From Candidatus Latescibacterota bacterium (GTDB taxonomy: Bacteria; Latescibacterota; UBA2968; UBA8231): a stretch of 64,000 nucleotides of DNA. Each line of letters begins with the position of its first letter. Position 1 is the first letter of the stretch. A program made the position numbers and the translations under genes. Below the pieces are notes generated by a model. The model saw only the letters and a program-made list of their open reading frames with translations, did not search any database and was not told the DNA's origin. This document shows positions 27,866-37,096 of this stretch, one piece after another. The stretch is from contig OZ244561.1 of assembly GCA_965217585.1 (NCBI GenBank), positions 2,560,001 through 2,624,000 on the forward strand. The letters are read 5' to 3'.

Positions 27866-30042
27866 TTGCCGGCCGTCACCGAGTCCTCAGCGATAAACAA
27901 GGGCGCGTACGAATCCCTCGAGGCCAGATACTCGTTCCACGATGACTCCCCGCCCGTGTCGCCCATCGACCAGAAGTGCATCGCCGTGGCCCCATAGCGC
28001 CAGCTCGTCCACGCCGTAAGTCGGGCCGTGTACGGATCGAAAAGTCGAGTCGCCCACGCCGAATAGAACTCCAACCCGATCCCCTGATCCCGCTTCTGCA
28101 CGTAGTAGTCGCGATAGCCCTGGCCCTCGTTCAGGAAGATCTGACGGTGCGGGGACAACACGTGGCACGCGTCGATCATCGCCTGGTTCGCCTGGTCCAT
28201 GTCCCGGTGGTTCGGATTCTCCCAGATGCGGACCCCCGTATCCGCCTCGCGGATGGCCTGCGCCCACGCCAGAATGCGCTTGTCGTGCTGCGGCTCGCGA
28301 GGCTCATCCACCAGCAACAGCGCCAGCTGTTCCGGCTGCAACCCCTTCGCCACCATATGCTCCGCCCAGAAGGTCACCCACGCCTTCACCGCGGTCGTGA
28401 ATTCCGGCGTGCCCATCGCCCACGACTCGAACTGCGTCCCCACTTTGGCGAACACCAGGTACTGGGCCGCATCCGGCCACAACTCAATCCAAACATCGAA
28501 GTGGTCGGTGTTGGGTGGCGCCGTCATCGCCCCCTGCGCATCGTGCGTGCCCCGCGGCAGCGCCCAGGGTAGGCCCCACGGCGAGTCGACGTAATGTTCG
28601 CGCAGGTGCTCGATGAGCGCCATTCGGTTCTGCTCGGTCACTAGGCGGTGATGCCCCACCTGGTCCGTATAGTCCCAGCCGCCCAGGTGCAGCGACTGCT
28701 TCTCCGGGAAATATAGGGGATATAGGTGCATGCGCAGCGGAAACCGCTGGCTCCCGGGCACCGACTCCACGACGACCTCGCCCTCATACACGCCCGGCGC
28801 CACGTCCACCGGATGGAAGGTCAGCCACACCTGCCGCGTCATGCCCGACGGCACGGAGATCGTATACAGATCGTTCTCGGCAACAACCTCCGGCAGGGCC
28901 GCCGCCACCGGTACCCCCCTCCGGGTGTCCGTCCAAGCCACCTCGTGCACCGTCACATACGCCGGATTGTCGCCGCCGGGCAGCCCGCTCAGGCGGAACG
29001 CTACCTCCATCGGCTCATCGCTACTGTTGCTCACATTGAACGCCGCGGCGCGGTATTCCCGCCGCATCAGATGCACCTCGACGGCCAGTTCCCCCGTCGT
29101 GTCCAGCCGGCCGATGAGCGGCAGTGGATCCCACAGATTCGAACGCCAGAAGGTGAGCGGCTCCAGACCTCTGGCACGCCAGAGCAACGCCTGCGTGCGC
29201 AACAACCGTTCATGCCACGAATTCAGCGGCAGTACGGCCCTAAAACCATCTCCGAACGCCGTGCCGGCCTGCCCCAATGCTCCTTCCACGGCCGCCAGCT
29301 CGCCCAGCACGTCGCCCCGCGTCTCGACCGGGACGCCCTCCTCCTCTGCCGCCCTCCTCAGCGCCTGGATGTCCCGCACCAGGCGCGTCCGAATCCCCGC
29401 CTGGATGCCGATCTGGCCCGCGTACGCCTTCAGATCCGCAATGGCTGGCCCGGGCAGCGGCTCATCGACCCACTCCGGCTCGCCGGCGTAGACCTCGATC
29501 TCGTCGACGAAGATGAACGGCTCGTTCCACACAATCAGGCTGACATAGCGGCCGTGCGTCCGCAACCGGTCCGTCCAGTATCGATGCGTCCCGTACCCCG
29601 TCGCAACGGGCGAGCTGTGTTCCGCGCTCAGTCCCACCAGGTCCCCGATCTCGTGGAATTGCCTGTCCTCACCGGCCGTGAAGATCCGGATCGCCAGCGG
29701 CCACCGCACGTCCGCACGACCCGCCGCCGTATTGAACGAGACACCCCGTATCGGCTGCACCGTACCCAGGTCCAGCGTCACGATCACGGGCTTCTTGTCC
29801 TGCCAGCCCACGGTCGATAGCTGCGTCCAGAAACTCTCCTCCCCTCGAGGGTACACCCCGTCCGTCAGTTGCCTGACATCGGCGGCGTCCGTGCAGTGTT
29901 CATAGTTCGGCACCGGGTCCATCGTGTAGCTCGCCGCCAACGCAATGTTCTCGTCCGGACGGTCCGCCGGACCCGCCTCCGCGTCTTGGGCCCACGCCAG
30001 TGCCCCCATCAACGACGCTACCGCTGCCAATCTCCATCTCAT
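27688..30042 (-). CDS. Secreted discoidin-like + GH123/DUF4091-like protein, C-terminally truncated/chimeric copy
   Basis: Colinear with 30066-32714 up to DSVTAGK, then diverges abruptly and lacks the REG.QDYEY motif. Confidence 0.75.
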   Translation of the reverse strand: MRWRLAAVASLMGALAWAQDAEAGPADRPDENIALAASYTMDPVPNYEHCTDAADVRQLTDGVYPRGEESFWTQLSTVGWQDKKPVIVTLDLGTVQPIRGVSFNTAAGRADVRWPLAIRIFTAGEDRQFHEIGDLVGLSAEHSSPVATGYGTHRYWTDRLRTHGRYVSLIVWNEPFIFVDEIEVYAGEPEWVDEPLPGPAIADLKAYAGQIGIQAGIRTRLVRDIQALRRAAEEEGVPVETRGDVLGELAAVEGALGQAGTAFGDGFRAVLPLNSWHERLLRTQALLWRARGLEPLTFWRSNLWDPLPLIGRLDTTGELAVEVHLMRREYRAAAFNVSNSSDEPMEVAFRLSGLPGGDNPAYVTVHEVAWTDTRRGVPVAAALPEVVAENDLYTISVPSGMTRQVWLTFHPVDVAPGVYEGEVVVESVPGSQRFPLRMHLYPLYFPEKQSLHLGGWDYTDQVGHHRLVTEQNRMALIEHLREHYVDSPWGLPWALPRGTHDAQGAMTAPPNTDHFDVWIELWPDAAQYLVFAKVGTQFESWAMGTPEFTTAVKAWVTFWAEHMVAKGLQPEQLALLLVDEPREPQHDKRILAWAQAIREADTGVRIWENPNHRDMDQANQAMIDACHVLSPHRQIFLNEGQGYRDYYVQKRDQGIGLEFYSAWATRLFDPYTARLTAWTSWRYGATAMHFWSMGDTGGESSWNEYLASRDSYAPLFIAEDSVTAGKPTISPVRKPGDCCARSWMPGITRSRGTAGTSTDVNWPVVCIYTGCRQGSRSIRANYCC

Positions 30043-30065
30043 CCCTTGGGCCCTCGCTATCCTGA

Positions 30066-32714
30066 TCAGTGCCCGGCCAGCTCCGTCAACGCCGCCAACA
30101 CCTGAATCCGCGCCTCGTCCGCCAGCGTGCGGTCCACTTTCTCGTCCAGCCAGTGAAAGCCGCCTAGGGGCTGGTCGGAGTCGATCCCGCCCCCGTGGCC
30201 CGCCGCATCACAGACACTGGCCGGCAGGCTCTCCAGCAACCGACGGGCCTCCTCCACCTCCGGGCCCGTCCTCCCCTGCGCAGACGCGTTCTCGATCGCC
30301 CGGTCCAACATGGCGAAGTACTCGTAGTCCTGCACTCCTTCCCGCGCCGCCTCAAGGTGTTTCCCGGCCGTCACCGAGTCCTCGTCGATGAACAGTGGCG
30401 AGTACGCATCCTTGAAGGTGAGATACTCGTTCCACGATGACGCTCCGCCCGTGTCGGTCAGCGACCACATGTAGATAGCCGTCGCTCCATAACGCCAGCT
30501 CGTCCACGCCATGAGGCGGCCGGCGTACGGATCGAAGACCCGGCCCGTCCACGCCGCGTAGAACTCCAACCCGATCCCCTGATCCCGCTTCTTCAGGTAG
30601 TAGTCGCGATAGTCCTGGCCCTGTCTCAGGAAGGCCGCGTAGTTCGGGCACAGGACGTGGCACGCATCGATCATCTCCTGATTCGCCCGGTCCATGTCCC
30701 GGTGGTTCGTATCCTCCCAGATGCGGACTCCCGTGTCCGCTTCGCGGATCGGCTTCGCCCACGCCAGAATGCGCTCGTCCATCCACGGCTCGTCAGGTTC
30801 GTCCACCAACAGCAGCGCAAACTGCTCCGGCAGCAACCCCTTCGCCGCCATATGGTCCGCCCAGAACGTCACCCACGCCTTCACCGCGGTCGTGAACTCC
30901 GGCGTGCCCATGGGCCACGACTCGAAGTGATTGCCCACTTTCGCGAAGACGAGGTACTGGGCCGCATCCGGCCACAACTCGATCCAGGCATCGAAGTAGT
31001 CGGTGTCGGGCGGTGCCGTCATCGCTCCCTGCGCATCGTGGGTGCCCCGCGGCAGCGCCAGCTTGAGGGCCCACGGCGAGTCGACGAGATGTTCCCGCAG
31101 GTGCTTGATGATCGGTAACCGGTTCTGCTCTGTCAGAAAGCGGAAGTGACCGATCCGGTCCGTGTAGTCCCATCCGCCCAGGTGAAGCGACTGCTTCTCC
31201 GGGAAGTCCAAGGGATACAGGTGCATGCGCAACGGAAACCGCTTGCCCACCGGCACGGACTCCACGACGACCTCGCCCTCGTGCGTGCCCGGCTCCACAT
31301 CCACCGGATGGAAGGTCAGCCACACCTGCCGCGTCATGCCCGAGGGCACGGAGACCGTATACAGATTGTCGTCATCCGCAGCAACCTCAGGCAGGGCCGC
31401 CGCCACCGGCACCCCCCTCCGGGTGTCCGTCCAAGCCACCTCGTGAACGGTCACATACTCCGGATTGTCGCCCCCCGGAAGCCCGCTCAAGCGAAACATC
31501 ACCTCCATCGGTCCGTCACTGCTGTTGCTCACATTGAACGCCGCCGCGCGGTATTCCTTCCGCATCAGGTGCACCTCGACGGCCGGTTCCGCCGCCATGT
31601 CGGGCATGCCGATGAGGGGAACTGGATCCCACAGATTCGAACGCCAGAACACGAGCGGCTCCAGACCCCTGGCGCGCCACAGCCACGCCTGGGTACGAAA
31701 CATCCGCTCATGCCACGGATTCAGAGGCAGCACGGCCTGAAAGTCATCCCCGAAGGCCGTGGCCAGCCCCAACTCCCCTTCCACAGACGCCAGCTCGCCC
31801 AGCACATCGCCCTGCGTCTGCACCGGGACACCCTCTTCTTCCGCCGCTTCTTTCAGGGCCTGGATGTCCCGCACAAGGCGCGTCCGAATCCCTTTCTGGA
31901 TGGCGATCCGGCGCGCATACTCCTTCACGTCTGCAATGGCCGGCCCCGGCAGCGGCTCATCCACCCACTCCGGCTCTCCCGCGTAGACCTCGATCTCGTC
32001 CACGAACGTATACGGCTCGTTCCACACAACCAGGCTGACATAGCGGCCGTGCGTCCGCAACCGGTCCGTCCAGTACCGATAGGTCCCGTACTGGGCAGCG
32101 CGCTGCTCGTTGAGATCGCGGAGGATTCTCGCGCGCAGTTCGGGGGTGACCTCCTTTCCCGGGTACCGGTCCCGGTGGCGGTCGAAATGGTCATATATCT
32201 CCGCATCGTTGAAGCGCATGCCTTCCCGGGCCCACATGGCATCGCTCGCCTTCGTCGGTATGAGCGGACCGTGTTGTTCTGCGCTCAACTGCACCAAGTC
32301 CCCGATTTCATGGAATTCCCTGTCTTCACCCGCCACGAGGATGCGGATCGTCAGCGGCCACCTCACGTCCGCAAAACCCGCCGCCGTGTGGAACGACACC
32401 CCTCGTATCGGTTTCACCGCACCCAAGTCCAGCGTCAGGATCGAGGGCTTCTTGTCCTGCCAGCCCACGGTCGACAGCTGCGCCCAGAAATAGCCCTCCG
32501 TGTAGACCCCATCCGTCAGTTGCTCGTGATCACCGGGGTCCGAGCAAAGCCCGTAATTCGGCCCCGGCTCTATCGTGTAGGTCGCCCCCAGCGCGATGTT
32601 CTCGTTCGGACGGTCCGTCGGAATTGTCCCGGGTGCATTTGGCACCACCGCTGTGTCTTGAGCCCACGCCAGTGCCACCATCAACAACGCCACCGCTGCC
32701 AAAGTCCATTTCAT
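30066..32714 (-). CDS. Secreted discoidin-like + GH123/DUF4091-like glycoside hydrolase-like protein (intact copy)
   Basis: GAGGGA RBS before MKWTLAAVALL; ENIALG, QLTDG, LDLG, FVDEIEVY, LLVDEP, EAAREGVQDYEYF. Confidence 0.75.
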   Translation of the reverse strand: MKWTLAAVALLMVALAWAQDTAVVPNAPGTIPTDRPNENIALGATYTIEPGPNYGLCSDPGDHEQLTDGVYTEGYFWAQLSTVGWQDKKPSILTLDLGAVKPIRGVSFHTAAGFADVRWPLTIRILVAGEDREFHEIGDLVQLSAEQHGPLIPTKASDAMWAREGMRFNDAEIYDHFDRHRDRYPGKEVTPELRARILRDLNEQRAAQYGTYRYWTDRLRTHGRYVSLVVWNEPYTFVDEIEVYAGEPEWVDEPLPGPAIADVKEYARRIAIQKGIRTRLVRDIQALKEAAEEEGVPVQTQGDVLGELASVEGELGLATAFGDDFQAVLPLNPWHERMFRTQAWLWRARGLEPLVFWRSNLWDPVPLIGMPDMAAEPAVEVHLMRKEYRAAAFNVSNSSDGPMEVMFRLSGLPGGDNPEYVTVHEVAWTDTRRGVPVAAALPEVAADDDNLYTVSVPSGMTRQVWLTFHPVDVEPGTHEGEVVVESVPVGKRFPLRMHLYPLDFPEKQSLHLGGWDYTDRIGHFRFLTEQNRLPIIKHLREHLVDSPWALKLALPRGTHDAQGAMTAPPDTDYFDAWIELWPDAAQYLVFAKVGNHFESWPMGTPEFTTAVKAWVTFWADHMAAKGLLPEQFALLLVDEPDEPWMDERILAWAKPIREADTGVRIWEDTNHRDMDRANQEMIDACHVLCPNYAAFLRQGQDYRDYYLKKRDQGIGLEFYAAWTGRVFDPYAGRLMAWTSWRYGATAIYMWSLTDTGGASSWNEYLTFKDAYSPLFIDEDSVTAGKHLEAAREGVQDYEYFAMLDRAIENASAQGRTGPEVEEARRLLESLPASVCDAAGHGGGIDSDQPLGGFHWLDEKVDRTLADEARIQVLAALTELAGH

Positions 32715-32789
32715 CGCTTGTCCCTCGCTATCCGATGAGTACTTCTTCCTCGAGATTCTGACCGGCCAAAAAACCAGGCTGGAAGGGGG

Positions 32790-33600
32790 TGTTGATTCGC
32801 TCGCGTTCTGCCACCTCATCCAGCGCCTGGAGCAACTCGGCCGGCTCTCCTTGCCATTCCGGTCGCCTGACCATCAAGCCCATAATGGCGGCGGCCACCG
32901 GATGCCCTTCTAGCACCTCGGCATTTTGGGTCCGCCGGTTGCCTTCGTAAGCATTGAGAAAGTCCACTTCGTTGTAGCCCAGTGCTCGGGCAATGGCACA
33001 GCCCCAGCAAGCAAAGGATCGAACGATCCAGCAAATCCGCCCGGGTCGCCACGATATTGATGCCATTCAACCCCAAGCACCGTTGGAAGTGGTAAATCTG
33101 ATCCTCGTCGTCGGTGTAGAGAGCACGCTTGCTAAACCCCTCCCCTGTCACCGCTCGACAGAGCGCATCCGAAAGCCACAACGGCAACGTAGTTGCGCTA
33201 TCGAACAGTGGGGCCCAGTGATGGGAGAGTTTCTGCACCAGTCCGAAAGATGATCGGGCCAGGTGAGGGCCCCAGTCGTCGCGGTAATGGCAGGGATGCC
33301 GTAAGAAATACAGGCCAGCGCGTCGAGTTCACCCTCGACCAAGACCACGACATCATGTTCAAGCTGATCGATAGGAAAGAGTCGGGCCCCGCCGTAGCCT
33401 TGGGTCCAATGCAGCATTTTCGCGGTCCCCTGCCGCCGCTTTTCGATCGGGAGCCAACGACGGACGTCGCGATAGACGCCCTTGGCATCGGCGACCGGGA
33501 TGGGAACTCGATCCCCACCGCCCTGCTCATCCATCCCCAGACAGTAGCGATCTATAACCTCATCCGACAGCATCCGCTGTTCGCGCAGGTAGGCCGGTGC
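32790..33600 (-). pseudogene. Fragmented phage/ICE-type primase-helicase gene (TOPRIM plus ATPase pieces in three frames)
   Basis: VVLVEGELDALAC...AITATTGA (TOPRIM); LSDALCRAVTGEGFSKRALYTDD..NGI..RADLLDRS; GY.E.DFL.AY..N...WQG.P.ELL. Confidence 0.7.
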
Positions 33601-33711
33601 TCGGAGGTGAGGGCGGCATGCATCTGTTCGACCATCGACCCGGCGATGGGTGCCGGCTTGGATTGCGGGCAGGGCGGCCTAGACGGCAGCTGTCGTTTAG
33701 AAGTCCCGGAG

Positions 33712-33879
33712 CTAGATCAGTTCGCGCAAGCCAATAAATACTCTTTTTACTCTGCGCGGTAGAGTCCCTCCCAAAAATCCCCACTCCTCGTTAAAACGTT
33801 TCTTGCTGCCTTGAACATCGTCTTCGTTGAAGGCGATCTCATTTTCTTGAGCCCATTGCTTAAATGGGAAATTTGTCAT
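33712..33879 (-). CDS. Small low-GC ORF (55 aa, MTNFPFKQWAQENE...), probably a truncated island gene
   Basis: GAGGA RBS, ATG 33879, TAG 33712-33714; below the ORF-track cutoff. Confidence 0.35.
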   Translation of the reverse strand: MTNFPFKQWAQENEIAFNEDDVQGSKKRFNEEWGFLGGTLPRRVKRVFIGLRELI

Positions 33880-34097
33880 ACTTAGTTCCTCTCAAATTTC
33901 CTTATCAGATCAATCGAACAGTTGTATACCCAATTTACTTGAACCACTTTAAACGTAATTTAACAAAGTAGGAAACCAATTCTATGGAGAATAGAATGGA
34001 GAGTCTGCTTTTCGAAGGGAAATCTCAAAACAAAAAAGGCTGCTCCAAAACAATAAACCAATCGGCGCAACCTCTTTTTTTACAGCTATTTAAAATC

Positions 34098-34196
34098 TGG
34101 CGGGAACGTGTGGGAATCGAACCCACCCAGCGCAACTTTCGCTACGCCGCAACGGATTTGAAGTCCGCGACAGCCACCAGGCACGCATCCGCTCCC
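34098..34196 (-). tRNA. selC: tRNA-Sec (anticodon UCA)
   Basis: GCGGA-CT-TCA-AA-TCCGT anticodon arm, long variable arm, GTGGG-TTCGATT-CCCAC T arm, GCCA end; 99 nt. Confidence 0.95.
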
Positions 34197-34265
34197 GCAA
34201 TATTCTCGTCTGAGTACGCAGAAATATAGGATGACTTCCCAGTAACACCAACAAGATCTACGGTA

Positions 34266-35195
34266 CTACTTTTTTCGCGCTGCTTCGGCCCGCGCCTCGC
34301 GCTCGGCCCGCTCGGCCGCCTTGCGCTCGGCCACCTCGGCCTCCGTCGGCAAGCGGCGCGCAGGCATCTCTGGATACGCGAGAGGCAGCTCCCAGCGCAG
34401 GGTTCGCAAGGGGACATCGCCCAAATTCTCGATCTGCAGCTCAAGATAGTCGTCGTCGCGCCGGACAATAGGCGTCTTTTCGTCTGTCCTGCGATTGGGG
34501 AAGAAGACTCGGTAGTAGGTCTTGCCGTCGAGCACTTCTCCTTCGGGCCGGTCGCTCTTGTAAGGATAGGAACCAAACGTCCCGCTGGGCTGGAAGCGCG
34601 TACCTCGCTGATTGACCAAGAAGGTGCGCGCACCAATATCGGCAATATATGGCTTGAGCTGGGACTCTCCGCTCGACAGATAAACGGTAAAGACTAGGCG
34701 ACTGTAGAGAGTCAAGCCCCAACGGTCGTCGTACTGGTCGCGCAGGATGGGAAACTTGGGGTCGTAGATGGCATTGACGGCTCGGCGGATGTATTCGGCC
34801 CTCCAGATGTTAAAGGCGCGTCTTTGCAGGGGATTGCGCGCGTCGAAGGACGGATTTACGTAGATCAGATACTGCAAGTAGAGGCTGTTGATGTCCGTGC
34901 CGTCTTCGGCCGGATAGGTGCCATCGACGTAGGAGTAGAGTAGCTGCTTGATGCGAAATTCGAGCTGCTCCTGCCCCAAGTCCTCGCGCTCAGCACGCGC
35001 GTAGGCGCGGGCGATCTCATAGGCGAAGGTGTGCAAGGCCGCCTGCACCAAGACGCCGTCAGCACCCCGGTGGCTTCTGTTTACGGTGCGCCATACTTCC
35101 TGCCCAACGCGCGCGAAGGGGCCTTCCGAATGTTCCGGGCCGCAGCCGGTGGCCGCTGCACACATCCAGCAAAGGAACAAGACCCTGCTTGGCAT
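34266..35195 (-). CDS. Hypothetical lipoprotein
   Basis: GGAGG RBS; lipobox-like AATGC; long ORF in line with rplI. Confidence 0.6.
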   Translation of the reverse strand: MPSRVLFLCWMCAAATGCGPEHSEGPFARVGQEVWRTVNRSHRGADGVLVQAALHTFAYEIARAYARAEREDLGQEQLEFRIKQLLYSYVDGTYPAEDGTDINSLYLQYLIYVNPSFDARNPLQRRAFNIWRAEYIRRAVNAIYDPKFPILRDQYDDRWGLTLYSRLVFTVYLSSGESQLKPYIADIGARTFLVNQRGTRFQPSGTFGSYPYKSDRPEGEVLDGKTYYRVFFPNRRTDEKTPIVRRDDDYLELQIENLGDVPLRTLRWELPLAYPEMPARRLPTEAEVAERKAAERAEREARAEAARKK

Positions 35196-35235
35196 GAATT
35201 ACCTCCGTTGAGGAGGGAGAGTGCCTAGCGTCGCG

Positions 35236-35679
35236 CTATTCCTTGACGACCCAGAGCTTGACCGCTGCTGCTACCTCCGGGTGGAGGCGCATTTCGACAT
35301 TGTAAACACCCAATTCGCGTATGGGATCTTCGAGAAGGATGGCACGGCGATCTATCTCATAGCCCTTTTCATCGAGCAATTCGGCGATATTCTGGGCGGT
35401 TACCGAACCGAAGAGGCGATCCTCCTCGCCGACCTTGACCTGCGCGGTGACAGACTCCGTCTCCAGCTTCTTGGCGAGGGTCTCGGCGGCGCGGCGGTCG
35501 CGCTCGGCTAGGGTCTCTTGCTGTTTGCGCCTAGACTCGAACTGGGCCATGTTGGCGGTGGTGGCGACCAATGCCTCGTTGCGAGGGATCAAGAAGTTGC
35601 GACCATACCCGTTCTTTATTTCCACGACCTCGCCGGCCGAACCCAAGGCTTCAATGTCCTTTAACAGAATTACTTTCAC
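35236..35679 (-). CDS. rplI: 50S ribosomal protein L9
   Basis: MKVILLKDIEALG..GEVVEIKNGYGRNFLIP; RLFGSVT. Confidence 0.98.
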   Translation of the reverse strand: MKVILLKDIEALGSAGEVVEIKNGYGRNFLIPRNEALVATTANMAQFESRRKQQETLAERDRRAAETLAKKLETESVTAQVKVGEEDRLFGSVTAQNIAELLDEKGYEIDRRAILLEDPIRELGVYNVEMRLHPEVAAAVKLWVVKE

Positions 35680-35713
35680 GACTTGTCCTCCACTTCATAG
35701 AAATGTTTGGGCC

Positions 35714-36526
35714 TTACGCTTCTTCCTCTGTGGGGGCTGGGCGCAGCCGACGCCAATCGAACCAAGTATCCAAAAGCCCCAATCCTGCTAGGAGCAGAAA
35801 CGCCAACCCTGCGACAAAAAAAAGCCCTACGTAAAAAAATAGCTCAACCAAAATCGGCACCCTTTGGCGCTGGGCGAAAAAGCGCAGCACGGCCAATCCT
35901 TGAACCCCGTAGATAATCCCCATCAACACGACCAGATTGAGGCCCAAATCGGCCAACAACCCATCGCTCAAAAGACTTAGGCCCAAGGCCGCGATCAATA
36001 CCCAGATCAGCTCTTCCCAAGGCCGCCACAAGGACAGAGGCAGGGGAGCGGGGAGCGATAGCCCCAGCCATGAGGCCAAGCCCTGGCTCAACCGATATGC
36101 TACGACAAAAGTCAAGAGCAGGGTCGCCATCTCGATGGCCGGCTGCACCCGCAGGACCGCGTCGATCATCGCGCTTAGCGTCTGGCCGCCTTCCTCAACG
36201 GCCATCCCCAAGGCTTGGAACTGCTCCAAGACAGCGGCGGCTTGCTCTTGGCGATGTATGCCATCGCGCGCCTGAATGAGCTGCCAGAGACACAAGCCCG
36301 CCGCTGGCGTGCAGGCCATGGCCATGACGCGACCATAGGTCTGCTGACGCTCTATTTGCAAAACGGCGAGCAACCCCATAATGGGCACTAGTCCCAGCGT
36401 GGCACCTAGCAGCACGGCGGTGCCCAAGCAAAGTAGGCCGATCAAGGGCAGGGCACCACGCGAGCCGTAGCGCAAGCTGGCCAAAAGCGAAACGACCGCC
36501 AGCGCTATGCCCAGCAGAATCAGCAT
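35714..36526 (-). CDS. YybS/DUF2232 family membrane protein
   Basis: Polytopic, with QGLAVL and GLGLLDTWFDWR motifs; usual position upstream of rplI. Confidence 0.85.
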   Translation of the reverse strand: MLILLGIALAVVSLLASLRYGSRGALPLIGLLCLGTAVLLGATLGLVPIMGLLAVLQIERQQTYGRVMAMACTPAAGLCLWQLIQARDGIHRQEQAAAVLEQFQALGMAVEEGGQTLSAMIDAVLRVQPAIEMATLLLTFVVAYRLSQGLASWLGLSLPAPLPLSLWRPWEELIWVLIAALGLSLLSDGLLADLGLNLVVLMGIIYGVQGLAVLRFFAQRQRVPILVELFFYVGLFFVAGLAFLLLAGLGLLDTWFDWRRLRPAPTEEEA

Positions 36527-36541
36527 CGGCGCATGCCGATT

Positions 36542-37057
36542 CTAAGAGTCGTCGGACTCTTGGACGACGGCCTCTTGTGGTGCAGCATCTACCGCCTCAT
36601 TAGGTTTCTCGTCTTCAGAGGCCGTATTGCGGACTCCATCGCGGTCCCTCGGGCCGCGGGAGTCGCGGTGCGGGCCGCCTCGGTCCCTCGGGCCGCGGGC
36701 CGGTCGGGCAAAGGCTTCTTCAAGGAAATTGTCGGCGGCTAGCTGGGGCACGTGGATAAACTCGCCTTCGACAGCGGTGATGAGATAGCGCAGCACCGCT
36801 TCGTCGAGCTTGAGCGTCTGCTCCAGCCCTTCGATCGCCGTCGGCTCGGCGGAAAACTGATAGAGCACGTAGTAGCCTTGGTGCCGATTCTTCAGGCTAG
36901 CCGAGGTATAGGCCAGACGCCGCAGGCCCCAATTGTCGATCCGGGCGACTTGCCCGCCGTTTTCCTCGAGCTGTGCCTCGTATTTTTCGACGACTTGCTC
37001 ATATTGGCCCTCGCCGACTTGGGGATCCAAGATACATACGAGTTCGTAGTTTCTCAT
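36542..37057 (-). CDS. rpsF: 30S ribosomal protein S6 with C-terminal extension
   Basis: MRNYELVCILDP, WGLRRLAY, GYY, VLRYL. Confidence 0.97.
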   Translation of the reverse strand: MRNYELVCILDPQVGEGQYEQVVEKYEAQLEENGGQVARIDNWGLRRLAYTSASLKNRHQGYYVLYQFSAEPTAIEGLEQTLKLDEAVLRYLITAVEGEFIHVPQLAADNFLEEAFARPARGPRDRGGPHRDSRGPRDRDGVRNTASEDEKPNEAVDAAPQEAVVQESDDS

Positions 37058-37096
37058 TGTATTGCGCTTTCTTGGTTCTAGTCTGAGGGATGTGCC

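Noticed and set aside
27855-27875. Programmed -1 frameshift that adds the FlgD tail
   Set aside because: There is no canonical in-frame X XXY YYZ slippery site, and the conserved DUF4091-like end is missing, which fits a deletion better.
33984-34229. 81-aa ORF overlapping tRNA-Sec
   Set aside because: It is an antisense reading of the tRNA and its AT-rich flank.
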